Assembly: GCF_006345805.1 (NCBI RefSeq)
Contig: NC_043000.1
Coordinates: 42,842,001-42,906,000, forward strand
Source of the DNA: Octopus sinensis
Lineage: Eukaryota
Length of the DNA stretch: 64,000 bases
Direction of reading: 5' to 3'
Shown here: positions 40,515 through 55,105 of the stretch, one piece after another
How positions within the stretch are numbered: the stretch's first letter is position 1
Layout: each line of letters starts with the position of its first letter
Translations under genes and position numbers: made by a program
Notes under the pieces: model-generated
Database searches by the model: none
What the model saw: the letters and a program-made list of their open reading frames with translations, nothing else
What the model was told of the DNA's origin: nothing

Positions 40515-41199
40515 TATATAAACAACTTATATACAAGAGCAAAAGAAAATTATATCTATGCCAATATGCTGATAACGGACTTTTAAGTCGTCAATTTCCA
40601 CATATTATTATACCCAATACAGAAATACGTTGTGCTGAAATCGAAGAAAGCTAGCCAACAGAATTTTTTTTAAAAGTTCGTTATTTCTATATTGAATCAA
40701 TTTCGGAATTAATATCATAATAGATTTTTTCCTCTTCAGTAGAAAATACGAATAGAAATAAATGAAATACTTACATGTGCCTATGGAAAAAAAGCCGAAG
40801 CAAAAATCAGGGGTACATATAAGTACCCCAGATGAATAAATGAAATACTTACATTGCCGAAGCAAAAATCATGAGTACATATATGTACTCTGGGGTACTT
40901 ATATGTAGTATATACTTATATGTAGTATCTATTTAGTACATCAGTCATTGTGTATCACTTTGAAAACTATACATTTTCGAACGGTGCTTAGCAGCGTCAT
41001 CTCAGCTGGGCAGTTATTTTGTGCTGAGGAAGAGAAAGAAACCAGAAACCGTGGTCCACAGATATTGCTCTGTGCTGAGTGGAGTTGCTAAACTCCGCTG
41101 TTCAAAAATATAAGGACACAGATATGCGACGTATAGCCAACTGGAGACGATATTATTTTAATTTCATCTCCATTTTCCATACATGATCAGCTATACCCG

Positions 41200-41925
41200 A
41201 TTTATCACTGGACGTTTCCTCAACTTCAAATTCCACCATCCATATAGTGTAAAGAGAGGAATTGCTCAGTGCCTAAAACTTCGAGTAAAGAATATAAGTA
41301 GTGATCGTGATACCCACCACGGAGAAATGATCAAGCTCAGTAACAATCTATTAAGTAACAAATCGATTAAGAGAGGATGAAACCAATGAACTATCCACAG
41401 TCTCTCTATCCTATGTGAAAGGCCTCTCCGAAAAGATACAAAAGATATGCGGCCCATATGACATCAGGACAGTATTCAAGAGTAAAACAATACTTCGCAA
41501 ATATCTCCTTTGAGTAAAGCCACCAATAGAAGAGAATATGGCCAAAAACTGCGTGTACTCCATCCCATGCAGCTGTGGTAGGTTATACAAAGGCGAAACA
41601 AACCGTCCCTTCAAAATAAAGGTAGAGGGACATCGCAAAGCTGTGATACGAGGAGATATTGATAAATCGGATAAAGCTGATCAAGTATGGAAAAATGGAG
41701 ACCACCTCCATTATTAAAAATAATAGACAGAGAACACCACTGGAAAATACGAAAACTAAAAGAATCATGACATATGCTAGGACACAACAACATCCTAAGC
41801 AGACCGAGTGCAAATATGAATAGCATATGCGAACCCGTATTAAGGAAGGATAGAAAATATTGCGTAGTGGTTAAGAGCGCGGGCTACCATCCCCAAGAGT
41901 CCGAGTTCGATTCTATGCTGTGACT

Positions 41926-42004
<79 letters not shown>

Positions 42005-42130
42005 TAATAATAAGAATAAGAATAAGAATATATTTCCCCAAGGCCGATGAAGGCTGGAGAGTATATAAGCGGAAACATTGAGTTAACAACAAACAAAATA
42101 AGGACAAATATCCGTCAAATGAAATAATGT
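41200..42130 (+). mobile_element. 5'-truncated Penelope/Poseidon-type PLE relic (thumb + GIY-YIG + 3' tail), interrupted by a SINE head and (AAT)n
   Basis: NFKFHHPYSVKRGI..; SYVKGLSEKIQKICGPYDIRTVFK; NCVYSIPCSCGRLYKGETNRP; tail with degenerate HHR CCGAUGA-a-GGCU..AGCG-GAAAC at ~42040-42085. Confidence 0.8.
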
Positions 42131-42672
42131 AAATACACACACACACATACATACACACACACACACACACGGGGTGGTACCTAAATGTTCCTCACTTTAA
42201 AGGTATCACGAACGATCTAGCTGGACGCAAAAACTTCTGAAGGAACGCTGTTATAAATGTGTGAACGTTGCAATAACTGTGTGAATCTGGGAGATGAATA
42301 TGTTAAATAAAATCATGATGGACTGATCTGGCATGTCTTCACCATTTCAAATTCTTTATGTACAACTTTTCTAGATCTTGTTGGATTCTCTTTCTATCAT
42401 TATCTGTGGTTATTTTCCTAAGTAATTAAGATAACCTCTCTTTGATTTCTTTATTTAGTTGATGTTTTTTTCCAACGGTTGTAAGGGATCCTCTCAGCCC
42501 TTTCCGCTAACTCTTCTAGCTTTATATGAATCCGCTGGCTTTGAGTCTCTACATCTACACGGTAAAGTTAGATGGTTTGGAAATTTTCCTGTGTAGATGT
42601 TGATCTTCCGGTGTTTTTGTTTTCAGTCAATGCCATGGATTTTTGAGCCCTCTTCGTGTGTGTGCGTGTGTT

Positions 42673-42704
<32 letters not shown>

Positions 42705-43749
42705 ATATAATATATATATATATATATAAATAAACTTAAAATGAGGGTAACAAATTAGATATTAATTTAATTAACATCGATTTCATACCAGTGGTCTATC
42801 ATATAAAAAAGCTGAAGGTTCAGTAAAATTGTATTATATACATCGATTTCACACACTCTAATATGCATATATATATATATATATGAATGTGTGTGTAATT
42901 GTGTGTGAGTGTATGTGCGTGTATGTGTGTGCGTGTGTGGATGTGTGTGTGTGTGTGTGTGTATCTGTAAAGATAGATCAAAACTATTTGATTCACACTC
43001 TTTGGTACTCTGAGTTTCAAACGTGTGGTTAGTCTTCGAGCAATCGAAACTGTGCCAGTGTTTTACTAATCCTCCATTTATGCATTTTGTACAATTTCTC
43101 CATTATACACACACACACGCACACATGTATATATTTACACCCCCTCCCCCACAAATATATATATATATTATATATTTATGTATATATATATATGATATAT
43201 ATTATATATATATGATATATATATAATATATATCATATATTATATATGATATATATATTATTTATATATTATATATGCACACACACACACACACACATAC
43301 ACATGTATACACATGCACACAAGCACACTCAAACACAAACCCGAGAAATAGTCAATGAATATTGGAAAGTTTAATTATTCGCTCGAATGCAGTGGGACCC
43401 GCCGCTTCTCTTCAGAATATTTCGTTAGCTCGTCGAATACCCACAAAATGTGTCCTTTCTTTTTGAAATACTCTGAAAAAACCCCCACTTAAATCAAGAT
43501 AGTCAGTATATCAATCGCATGAAACATTAACTCCGAAAGAAGAAACCCCTCCCCACCCTTACACCCCACACTCCCGCACGCACAAACACACAAACACACA
43601 AACACCCACACACATACACTCACACACACACACATATGCATAGTGTTGTACATTTATGTATTTATGTACGTGCATTTATGTATATATATAATGGCAAGAA
43701 TAAACTGTGGGCAGCTTTCCATATGTTTGTATAAGGCACCACAATTGTC

Positions 43750-43813
43750 GCCGCTGCTGCTGCCGCTGCCGCTGCCTCTCCCCCTCCTCCTCCTCCTCCT
43801 CCTCCTCCTCCTC

Positions 43814-43902
<89 letters not shown>

Positions 43903-43925
43903 GCTACTACTACTACTACTACTGT
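43750..43925. repeat. Compound (GCT/GCC)n-(CCT)n-(ACT)n trinucleotide repeat
   Basis: Directly visible. Confidence 0.95.
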
Positions 43926-44764
43926 CTTTCTCGTCATGCTATATGTAGTTAATGTTGATTCCCTGTTTCAATAACTCCATCAAGCTCTTGCTAAATAAAT
44001 AACTTACTAGCTTGTGGATAATAAAAAAACCTTGAGAGCAAGAATAAACATACGTTGACGATTTTAATCAGTTCAAAGCCATATCAACGTTGATAATGTA
44101 TCATAACAGTATTTAATATCGCTTAGCATTTTAATGGCCACTGCTCTGCACAAGTGATAAAGACGGTCATTTCTTTATCAACATGCCATCAAATATTTTG
44201 CCTAGAAATATAAAAAAAAAGTTATATAACCAGTCTGCACATCTTACCAATAAAACTGGTAGCTACCGCGTTTAGTCCATCGACGTATATTTGTGCTTTC
44301 GTCAGCATCAACCGTTAATTTTTCATTTTTCTCTTTTATAGTTTTGATGTTATTGTTTAGCCATGGCTCTGTCTTAACGTAACGGTCAAATGCCTATTAT
44401 CAAAAGTACTGCAGTTGTAAACATTTTGTATTTTTTCTCTTTTTTTTTAGACATATTATTATCCAGTGGACAATTTCGTTTTCATATTAAGATAACAGAA
44501 AGAGGCCTCAACTTGGTAACTCGACCTATTAGAAATAGCAACCAAACCTCCCTAACAAAACAGCCAATCTTTAAAAGAGGGAGGATATTGTGGATGATGT
44601 TCTTTTCTACTCTTGGCACATGGCCCGAAATTTTGGGGGAAGGGACAATCAAATAGATCGATCCCAGTACGCGACTGGTACTTAATTTATCGATCTCGAA
44701 AGGATGAACGACAAAGCCGACCGCGGCGGGATTCGAAATTAATATATTATATATATAGATATAT

Positions 44765-44969
44765 GTGACCTCGTGTGTACCGTTGGCGATTCTTTTTCCT
44801 CTGTCTTCCCTTCTCTGGATCTTTCCTTCTCCTATGTTTCCGACGAAGAGCTCCGCTCGAAACGTTAAACCCTCCTTCTTTCCTTCTTTCCTGAGCGTCC
44901 AATAATACCATATTTGTTCCACGTCCTCGCGTTGTTGTGTTTTTTTGTGCTTTCTTGTTTGGATTAACT
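44765..44969 (+). mobile_element. ~205-bp HHR mini-element ending ggattaact|(TA)n
   Basis: GUUU-CCGACGA-a-GAGC ucc GCUC-GAAAC GUU-AAAC at 44836-44870; same family at 51405, 51615 and 60593. Confidence 0.8.
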
Positions 44970-44977
44970 TTATATAT

Positions 44978-45023
<46 letters not shown>

Positions 45024-45349
45024 GCTCACATTGGGCTTCTAGACTTTCTGTCAACGCCATGTTTTCTTTCCTTTTCTTTATACTGTATGCTCTTGATTTT
45101 TTTAAACTCTAATGAAGCTTATGAAGCTTATGGAAAGCTTATGAAGAGGAAGAACATTATTCTCGCATTCAGTCATAGGCAGCATTTTGGTAACCGATCG
45201 GAAACGGACGTAATATATGTTACGTCCCCTATGCAAATGTTGGAAGTCTCATTTGCTCTGTATATCAGGACAATTTTGAAAACATATGAGCCCATTATAA
45301 ACTTTTTACAGATTCAAAGATCAATGTTTTAATATATAGTTGAAACAAT

Positions 45350-46567
45350 TTACATGTTGATATAACAACCTTTCTTTTCAATCAACGTTACTAATCTGTT
45401 TTCCATCAAATTTGTCAATTTTTCAATTTGATCTGGCGAAACTGCAGCTGTAATACTTTGCATAGCATCCCACAGTTCTACCTTACTGTTTGCCTCCTTC
45501 ATAGAGTTTCTGTTTGACGATTGACCAGAGATTTTCTATTGGATTCAAGTCAGGGCTGAACGGTGGCCTCTCCATTCTTTTGTCTTCAGCAAATCGTTTG
45601 CGCTCAAGAAACTAACGAGTTAGGCGAGAAGCATGTGATGGAGCATTGTCAAGCATAAACATATACTTTATCTTGAAACTGTGAGGCTGACGCTTGTACC
45701 ACTCAAAGAAAGATTGATCCAAGAATTCACAATAATTAGAACTGTTCAGTTTTACACAATCGTCAACTTTAAATGGTCCAATGATGGTTCTATTAACAAT
45801 GCCAACCCATATTATTACACCGCCACCTTCTTGTTGCCGTCTTCTCGACATAGGAGCATCTTGGCCTGACAGGACCCATCTAATGTGACGCGCGATTCGT
45901 CAGCGAACATGACGTTTCTGAATCCTGTTTTTAAGTACTTTCTTGCCCACTTTACACGTTTATCAATATTAGTTGGAGATATAGGAGGCTGGCGAGGAGA
46001 TTTTTTCACAGAACCAATGTCGCGAAGGACTCAACTCATTTTATCTCTCTTTACACCAACAATCCCAGCCATATTAAATGTCTTATCACAACTGAATAGT
46101 GGGTTTTTAGCGGCAATGCATTTCAGCTCACGTTTATCTGTCGTGGACAAGTTCTTGAAACCCTTTCCAGATCTTGGTTTCCTGTTCTTTGTTATATCTT
46201 CAATTGCTTTCTTGATTGTTCGATGATCTCGGCCAAGTAGCTTCAAAATGTTCAAAGAGGTCATGCCATCACTTAAAAGCTTAGTTATTTTCTGCTTTTC
46301 AGATGCTGTAATATCTTTCTTTTTACTCATGATTATATTATAACCTGCAAAATAAGAAAAACGTATTATAAACAATGTAAAAATATAAATACCAACATTT
46401 GCATAATAACTTCAGGCAGCCAATTTCAATAAATTCTCAATTACTCACGAAAACCAAATCAGATGTATGTCAAATTTTAGCTACAATTAAGAAATTTCAG
46501 CTTCCTATGTACATGTACATTCATTTTATTGAAAAAAAACGATCTGCATAATATCTTCAGACAAGGC

Positions 46568-46570
<3 letters not shown>
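45350..46570 (-). mobile_element. Degenerate Tc1-superfamily DD37E (TRT-like) transposon
   Basis: ATG at 46330; MSKKKDIT..LGRDHRTIKK; MFADESRVTLDG; RRRQQEGGGVIIW; MLDNAPSHA..PPFSPDLNPIE with 37 codons between D and E; several stops/frameshifts; end at gtg|TA 46570. Confidence 0.85.
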
Positions 46571-46619
<49 letters not shown>

Positions 46620-46742
46620 TTAGACACACACACATATACACTTATAAATATTCACATGTAATTTATATATATATATATATTTAAACATATGCATATATGC
46701 CTGTATATACATATATATGTGGTGTATATATACTTATGTATA

Positions 46743-46777
<35 letters not shown>

Positions 46778-47055
46778 GTGTGTGCGTGTGTGTATGTTTG
46801 TATGTTGGTATGTACGTTTACATATTTACATTTGCGTGAATATGCTTGTATATGGAAGTGCCTATGAGCGTTTCTGTGTATGTGAACATCAGATATATTT
46901 TCATTTGAAATATTCAAACAAATGAAATTTGTTAATTTCAAATTTCCAGTTATATTAATTACCACACTGATTTGTGTCAGTGAATACTGTACATTGCCAG
47001 ATAATTAATAGCTAGGTAAATTTACACGTTGTAAAATTATGTGTTTCACTGGTTA

Positions 47056-47221
47056 TGACATACTAGGAAGATGAAAACTGTGCCAGTGTAGCACAAATAT
47101 GTTGATTACATATATATATATATGATAGTGTGAAATCCTACTTTCACCAGCACATGGAGGAACATGTGTGTAATCAATATATTTGTGCTACATTGGCAGT
47201 TTTTATCTTCCTAGTATGTCA
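47056..47221. other. Imperfect inverted repeat (~55-bp arms)
   Basis: tgacatactaggaagatgaaaactg..gttgattaca versus its reverse complement at 47169-47221. Confidence 0.75.
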
Positions 47222-47260
47222 TTCCTAGTATGTGATACATATATATATGTGTATATGTAT

Positions 47261-47330
<70 letters not shown>

Positions 47331-47333
<3 letters not shown>

Positions 47334-47648
47334 ATGTAGGATAAAATTTATTTCGAAAATTTTAGCCACCATATTAAAAAATACCTTTAAAGGTTAAAAT
47401 TATAAACAACTTATAAATAAGGGCAAACGAGAAAATTTCTAATGTCAAATATGCCGAAAAATTGGACATATTGTCCATTACCATATAATTTTTCACAATA
47501 TGCACGCTACTCGAAACATGCACGCTACTCAAACGAACAGCTTCGAGTAGCGTGCATATTGTGAAAAATTATATGTTAATGGACAATATGTCCAATTTTT
47601 CGGCATATTTGGCATTAGAAATTTTTTCATTTTCCCTTATTTATAAGT

Positions 47649-47651
<3 letters not shown>
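47331..47651. mobile_element. Palindromic element in (TA)n, ~110-bp arms
   Basis: Arms 47406-47515/47542-47651, left arm extended by ~75 bp; (TA)n on both sides. Confidence 0.75.
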
Positions 47652-47688
<37 letters not shown>

Positions 47689-47695
<7 letters not shown>

Positions 47696-47994
47696 ACCAC
47701 GTGACCGACCAGGCCATGAGATGTTATTACACATCGCTGGTCACAATGCGTTCGCAATGTTTTAACCTTCGAATGACGCCACCCCGCTGGCTAAGCGAGC
47801 AGGCCAACAGAAGAAAGAGTGGGAGAAAGAGTGGTGAAAGAGTACAGCAGGGATCACCACCCCCTGCCGGAGACTCATGGAGCTTTTAGGTGTTTTCGCT
47901 CAATAAACACTCACAACGCCCGGTCTGGGAATCGAAACCGCGATCCTGCGACGGCGAGTCCGCTGCCCTAACCACTAGGCCATTGCGCCTCCAC
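47689..47994 (-). mobile_element. Full-length tRNA-derived SINE (third family)
   Basis: gtggaggcgcaatggcctagtggttagggc A-box, ggtttcgattccc B-box, (gtcacgtg) tail; in (TA)n. Confidence 0.85.
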
Positions 47995-47997
47995 TAC

Positions 47998-48051
<54 letters not shown>

Positions 48052-48059
48052 TAGATAGA

Positions 48060-48103
<44 letters not shown>

Positions 48104-48177
48104 ATATACATATAGTTATATATATATATACATATATATATACATATATGTATACATATATATATATATATATATAC

Positions 48178-48922
48178 AATAGTTTTTAAAAAGTTTTTTT
48201 TAGCTACTATTTCTAATGAGTTCAGTATGCGGCAAAGTAATTTATTTTACTAAGCCCTTTTATATAATGTAATAATTTGAATTCGCCTTAAATGGTCCCT
48301 TTGCATACTGAATACTTGGTGAAATTGATTAATAATTAATTAATTTTACCCTCAATTGTTGAAATTATAATTCATCTCTCTCTATTTAATGCCTCGGATT
48401 TTACCGAAAAAAGCATAGTGTTTGCTGATTTTAACCCACGCTGGTGGAAAGGGGAGAGCAGAAATTCTTCGCTTGCATATTTGAGTTTGCTGGCACTGTT
48501 AGTTTCGAGCAGATCTTCAGAAGCGATAAGAAGCCGAAAGGGTATGCTCCCACTTTCAGTGTTTTCAAATCCAAACCAAAGAGTTCTGAGCTGATGATAG
48601 AAATGTCGAGTTGACTAATCTTGAAACGTACGTTCTCAAATAACCTTGCATTTGATTTTTTAATGTCTTACCCCCATACTTTCGTGAGTTGAATTGAGCA
48701 AACACTATATGAGAGAGGTTTTCTTTAAGTATTAGAAATAGTTTTTAAAAAGTTTTTTTTAGCTACTATTTCTAATGAGTTCAGTATGCGGCAAAGTAAT
48801 TTATTTTACTAAGCCCTTTTATATAATGTAATAATTTGAATTCGCCTTAAATGGTCCCTTTGCATACTGAATACTTGGTGAAATTGATTAATAATTAATT
48901 AATTTTACCCTCAATTGTTGAA

Positions 48923-48924
<2 letters not shown>
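48178..48924 (+). mobile_element. Retrozyme-like element: 559-bp unit plus 188-bp terminal redundancy, in (TA)n
   Basis: 48178-48365 appears identical to 48737-48924; HHR motif in the middle segment; no ORF. Confidence 0.7.
48587..48638 (+). ncRNA. Type I hammerhead-like motif
   Basis: UGAG-CUGAUGA-u AGA..GUC gaguu GAC..UCU u-GAAAC guac GUU-CUCA; 10-nt palindrome AACGUACGUU as stem III; stem II imperfect. Confidence 0.65.
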
Positions 48925-48962
<38 letters not shown>

Positions 48963-48995
48963 AATATATATAATATATATATATATATACATAAT

Positions 48996-50830
<1,835 letters not shown>

Positions 50831-50871
50831 ATATGTATTTATATATGTATGAATATAGGTATACAGTTGTG

Positions 50872-50949
<78 letters not shown>

Positions 50950-51319
50950 AATCTTCCAATACTGAAACGTGTAGTTCCTTCATATTTAATAAATGTAAGT
51001 ATTAACTAAAGTAAGATATAATTAACGAAATATATCATATAACTTGCTGAAAATTTTGGTTATATCCTTTAAGTATTATTTTGTGATGTGCAAACTGATA
51101 CCATGTGTTTACTCAGGTTATTTTTGTATTATCTGAAATAAACAACCCGCATATCGATTAATACCAAAAAATTGAATTAACATTGACTTTTATCAAATGC
51201 TTTGTATATTTATATATAAATATATAAATATAAGATAAATAAGACCGAAAAGTACGATGTGTAGATGCATATAAAGCTAAAGGGTTGCACCTGATTGATT
51301 TGGAAATTTTGTTTTCCCA

Positions 51320-51394
<75 letters not shown>

Positions 51395-51404
51395 ATATAT
51401 ATAT

Positions 51405-51820
51405 AGTGAATCCAAACAAACAAACAAAGAAGAACAGACGAAAAACAATAACGCGAGGGCGTGGTACAAGAACTGTGTTATAAGACGCTCAGGGAAGGAA
51501 GGTAAGAAGATTTAACGTTTCGAGCTAAACTCTTCGTCAGAAGTAGAGGGAAGTCCAAAGGAAGGGAAGACGGAGGAGAAAAATTGCCAACGATACACAT
51601 ATATATGTATGTGTGACCGCGTGTGTATCGTTGGCGATTTCTTTTCCTCCGTCTTCCCTTCCTTGGATCTTTCCTTTTCCTGTGTTTCTAACGAACAGCT
51701 CTGCACGAAACAGTAAATCATCCTTCTTTCTTTCCTTTCTTGAGCGTCCAATAGCACTATACTTGTTCCATGTCCTCGCGTTGTTGTGTTTCTCTTTGTG
51801 TTTTCATGTTTGAATTAACT
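51405..51820. mobile_element. Two head-to-head copies of the 44765-family HHR mini-element
   Basis: Left copy (-) with CUGACGA-a-GAGU uua GCUC-GAAAC GUU at 51510-51544; right copy (+) degenerate; junction ccaacgatacac..gtgtatcgttgg. Confidence 0.8.
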
Positions 51821-53497
51821 TTACGTATGTATGTATGTATGTATGTGTGTATGTATGTATGTATGTATGTATGTATGCATGCATGTATGTATGTATGAAT
51901 GTATGTATGACCATGGGATTGCAACTAGAAAGGTACCAATCGAAGCGTAAGTCCGGGTAAGGTTGTTTTTGGAATACGAGCAGTCGCCCTTGCATACGAG
52001 CTCTCCCTCTCCACGCCACCGATGTTATCCAAAGGAAAGGCAAAGAGGAGTGGTTCGCTCTCTTAATCGCAATATATCAGACACAGGTTGTGTGTCGTTA
52101 ACCAGCTAGAAAAAATGTTTCCCTGAGGTTAAAATCTCGTAACTTAGTTCTGCATAGAACAATCGCGCAGAAGTAGCAACACATATTACTGCTTAGGCAT
52201 CGTTACCACTTGCATCTCTTTCAGAGATTTTAAAATCAGCTACTTTAGCTAGTTATACACACATACACACGCCCCCACACCCCTATATATGTATGTAGTT
52301 AGATATGAGTATATATCTATACATACAGAATTCATGTAGCACACGCATATTTGTACAATCCCATTCGTACATATCACATATATACATATACATACATGTA
52401 TGTGTAAATGTGTGAGTTTCTGTGTATGTGCGTGTGTGTGTGTGTGTTTGTGGGTATGTGTGTATGTCCTTGTATTTTCGGTTTATTATTATGCCTTAGA
52501 TATTGAAATTCATATAGATAATACTTGAAGGACTATACAGGTGTGTACACATCCTTCCCTTTGTTTCTAAGAATGCATGTTTATATGTATATACCATTTG
52601 TATGTACATATATCTGTGATTGCGTACGCTTTTGTATGCGCCTCACTTCGTTCGGAATTTTATGAATATGATATCACACACTTGAGGAATTTTCACACGT
52701 TAATGCAAGCAAATCAAAGTCCCTACAATTATTCGATAGGAAATGATATGCGAAATATATCCATATAAATCTAACTTCATCTCCATACGCTACAAACGTA
52801 TACATATATTTATGCATGCGTATGTGTGCGCGCATGTACATGTATATACATATATATATATATACGTACGTATATACACGTGCACACACACACGCGCTCA
52901 CATATTTGGCTTGTGCCATTACTGGTCGAAACGTATCTACGTATCTAAGTATATATACATACACACATGCATCTGTCTATCATATACATCTAAAGTAGCA
53001 TTAAATTGAAGTAGCCGTCTGTGTATCATGGTTAATGTATATACACTATTAAACTATTATATATATATATATATATACTATTACTGCGGTATTCATCAGA
53101 AATAACATCTTATGGAAGACCAATGTTGAAAAGGACAATATATATCGGAGGGAGACACAAAATCCACCAGCGGACATGTACAGTGCCAGATGATGGTGAG
53201 TTAAGTCTCTTGATAAATCTCAAATAGTCCAATATGGGTCTGCCGTTCTTGCTACAGGCTACCCGGGACAAATCTTCAGCTTTATATTGTGTTTTACAAC
53301 ACAGCAAGGCCATGAGAGATGATATTTCGGGCGAACAGCGCACTAACCAGCCTTGCAAGTATGTATATGCAATAAGTATATTAACATAGATTATATATAT
53401 ATGTATGTATATAAATATATATATATGTGTGTGTGTGTTTATGTGTGTGCGCGCGGGTGTGTGTATGTGTGTGTATGTACATATATATACATATATA

Positions 53498-53546
<49 letters not shown>

Positions 53547-53554
53547 TCATATAT

Positions 53555-53590
<36 letters not shown>

Positions 53591-53591
<1 letters not shown>

Positions 53592-54745
53592 TTGGTCGTC
53601 AAGTATGAAATTTGTAGCAGGGTATATGGTAAAATTTGACAGTTGCTCATTTTGCGCACTTACTATATTTTGACAATCTTTATTTTTTGGTAGATAGCTG
53701 ACACATCTATGTTTCTTTATTCTAACTTATTTTGCGCCGTATAAAGTATTTATAAATCATTTATTTGCTATGAGTTCTTTCATGGAAATACAGCATCACA
53801 GACACCTCAGGATAATAATGGAATATTTCATTCTAATGATATTACACAGCAGACAGTATCAAATTGAGTTGCAAAATTTCGTTCTGGTAACTTTGACTTC
53901 ACAAATGAGCAACGCGGTCGACCAGAAACAAAGGTGGATTATGACGAACTGAAAGCCACCGTCTACTCAGATCCATCTCAAAGTGCCCGTGAATTATCGT
54001 TGTTCAAATCGGTAAAGTGTAAAAGTTGGATAAGTGGGTTCCACATCAACTCAATGATAATCAGAAACAGCAACGTTTGGAAGCCTGCATTATGCTACTT
54101 TATCGCCACAACGATGAATAACTTTTGAATCGAATTGTGATGTGAAATACAACAACCGTAAACGTTCATCTCAGTGGTTGGACAAAGACAAGCCACCAAA
54201 ATACAGTCCAAAATGTAAATTCATCAAAACAAGCTGATGGTGTGTTTTTGGTGGTCTGGCGCAGTTGTAAGCCATTATGATTTCATTAAACCTGGCTCAT
54301 CAATCACGGCCGAAGTATACTGCAGCCAACTGAACCAAATGATGCAGAAACTTAGATTAGTCAACAGATCCACTCCTATTTTATTGCAACTCAGACCACA
54401 TCGCAAAAATAACATTAGCGAATCTACATGAGTTGGAGTTGGAGGTTTATCCACCACACTCTCCTGATCTTGCCCTCACTGACTACCACTTTTTCCCGAA
54501 TTTGCATAACTTTTTGATAGAAAAAAAAATTTAATTCCGACAATGCTGTAATACAACCTTTCCAAGAGTTTATTGACTCTAGATTGCCAGATTTTAATAG
54601 TTCAGGGCTGGACAAGCTACCGCTGAAATGGCAAATGTGTATTGACAATATGGGTGCATACTTTGGTGAATAAAACTACTCCTTGTTTTTATAAAATATT
54701 AGCAAACTTTTTTCTTTTCTGCAAATTTCATACTTGGCAACCTAA
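53591..54745 (+). mobile_element. Degenerate mariner (Mos1-like) transposon
   Basis: TIRs tttggtcgtcaagtatgaaatttg / RC ttaggttgccaagtatgaaatttg with TA; RGRP, WVPH, MVCFWW, SPDLALTDYHFF motifs. Confidence 0.85.
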
Positions 54746-54792
54746 TATACATACACACACACATACACACACACATACATACATACATACAT

Positions 54793-54841
<49 letters not shown>

Positions 54842-54862
54842 TATATATTATATATATATAAT

Positions 54863-54899
<37 letters not shown>

Positions 54900-55039
54900 T
54901 ACGGAGATGTACTCGCATAGCAAGTAATTTGATCTGAGATCGTGTGCTGAAACGAAAACAATTGCAGCGTGGAAGGTGTTTATAAGCCATTTAAGAAACA
55001 CACAAAAGCCGTTCGATTCACTTCAACATTTAAGTTTAA

Positions 55040-55090
55040 TTTGTCAAAATATTTTCGTCGCTATAAGACCGCGACCTGTTCACTGACAAA
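55040..55090 (-). ncRNA. Hammerhead motif with G3-C8 swapped core
   Basis: UUUGUCA-GUGAACA-g-GUCGC ggucuuaua GCGAC-GAAA AUAUU U-UGACAAA: 7-bp stem I, 5-bp stem II, palindromic AAUAUU stem III. Confidence 0.7.
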
Positions 55091-55105
55091 AATGCAGCAC
55101 GGATT

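Noticed and set aside
47900-47994. tRNA gene
   Set aside because: A/B boxes are present, but the sequence continues into a SINE body and lacks a complete cloverleaf
48215-48320. CTAATGA..ttcagtatgc/gcatactgaa..GAAA as a second hammerhead in the terminal repeat
   Set aside because: G5 is A and GAAA is displaced from the stem; only a 10-bp stem is supported
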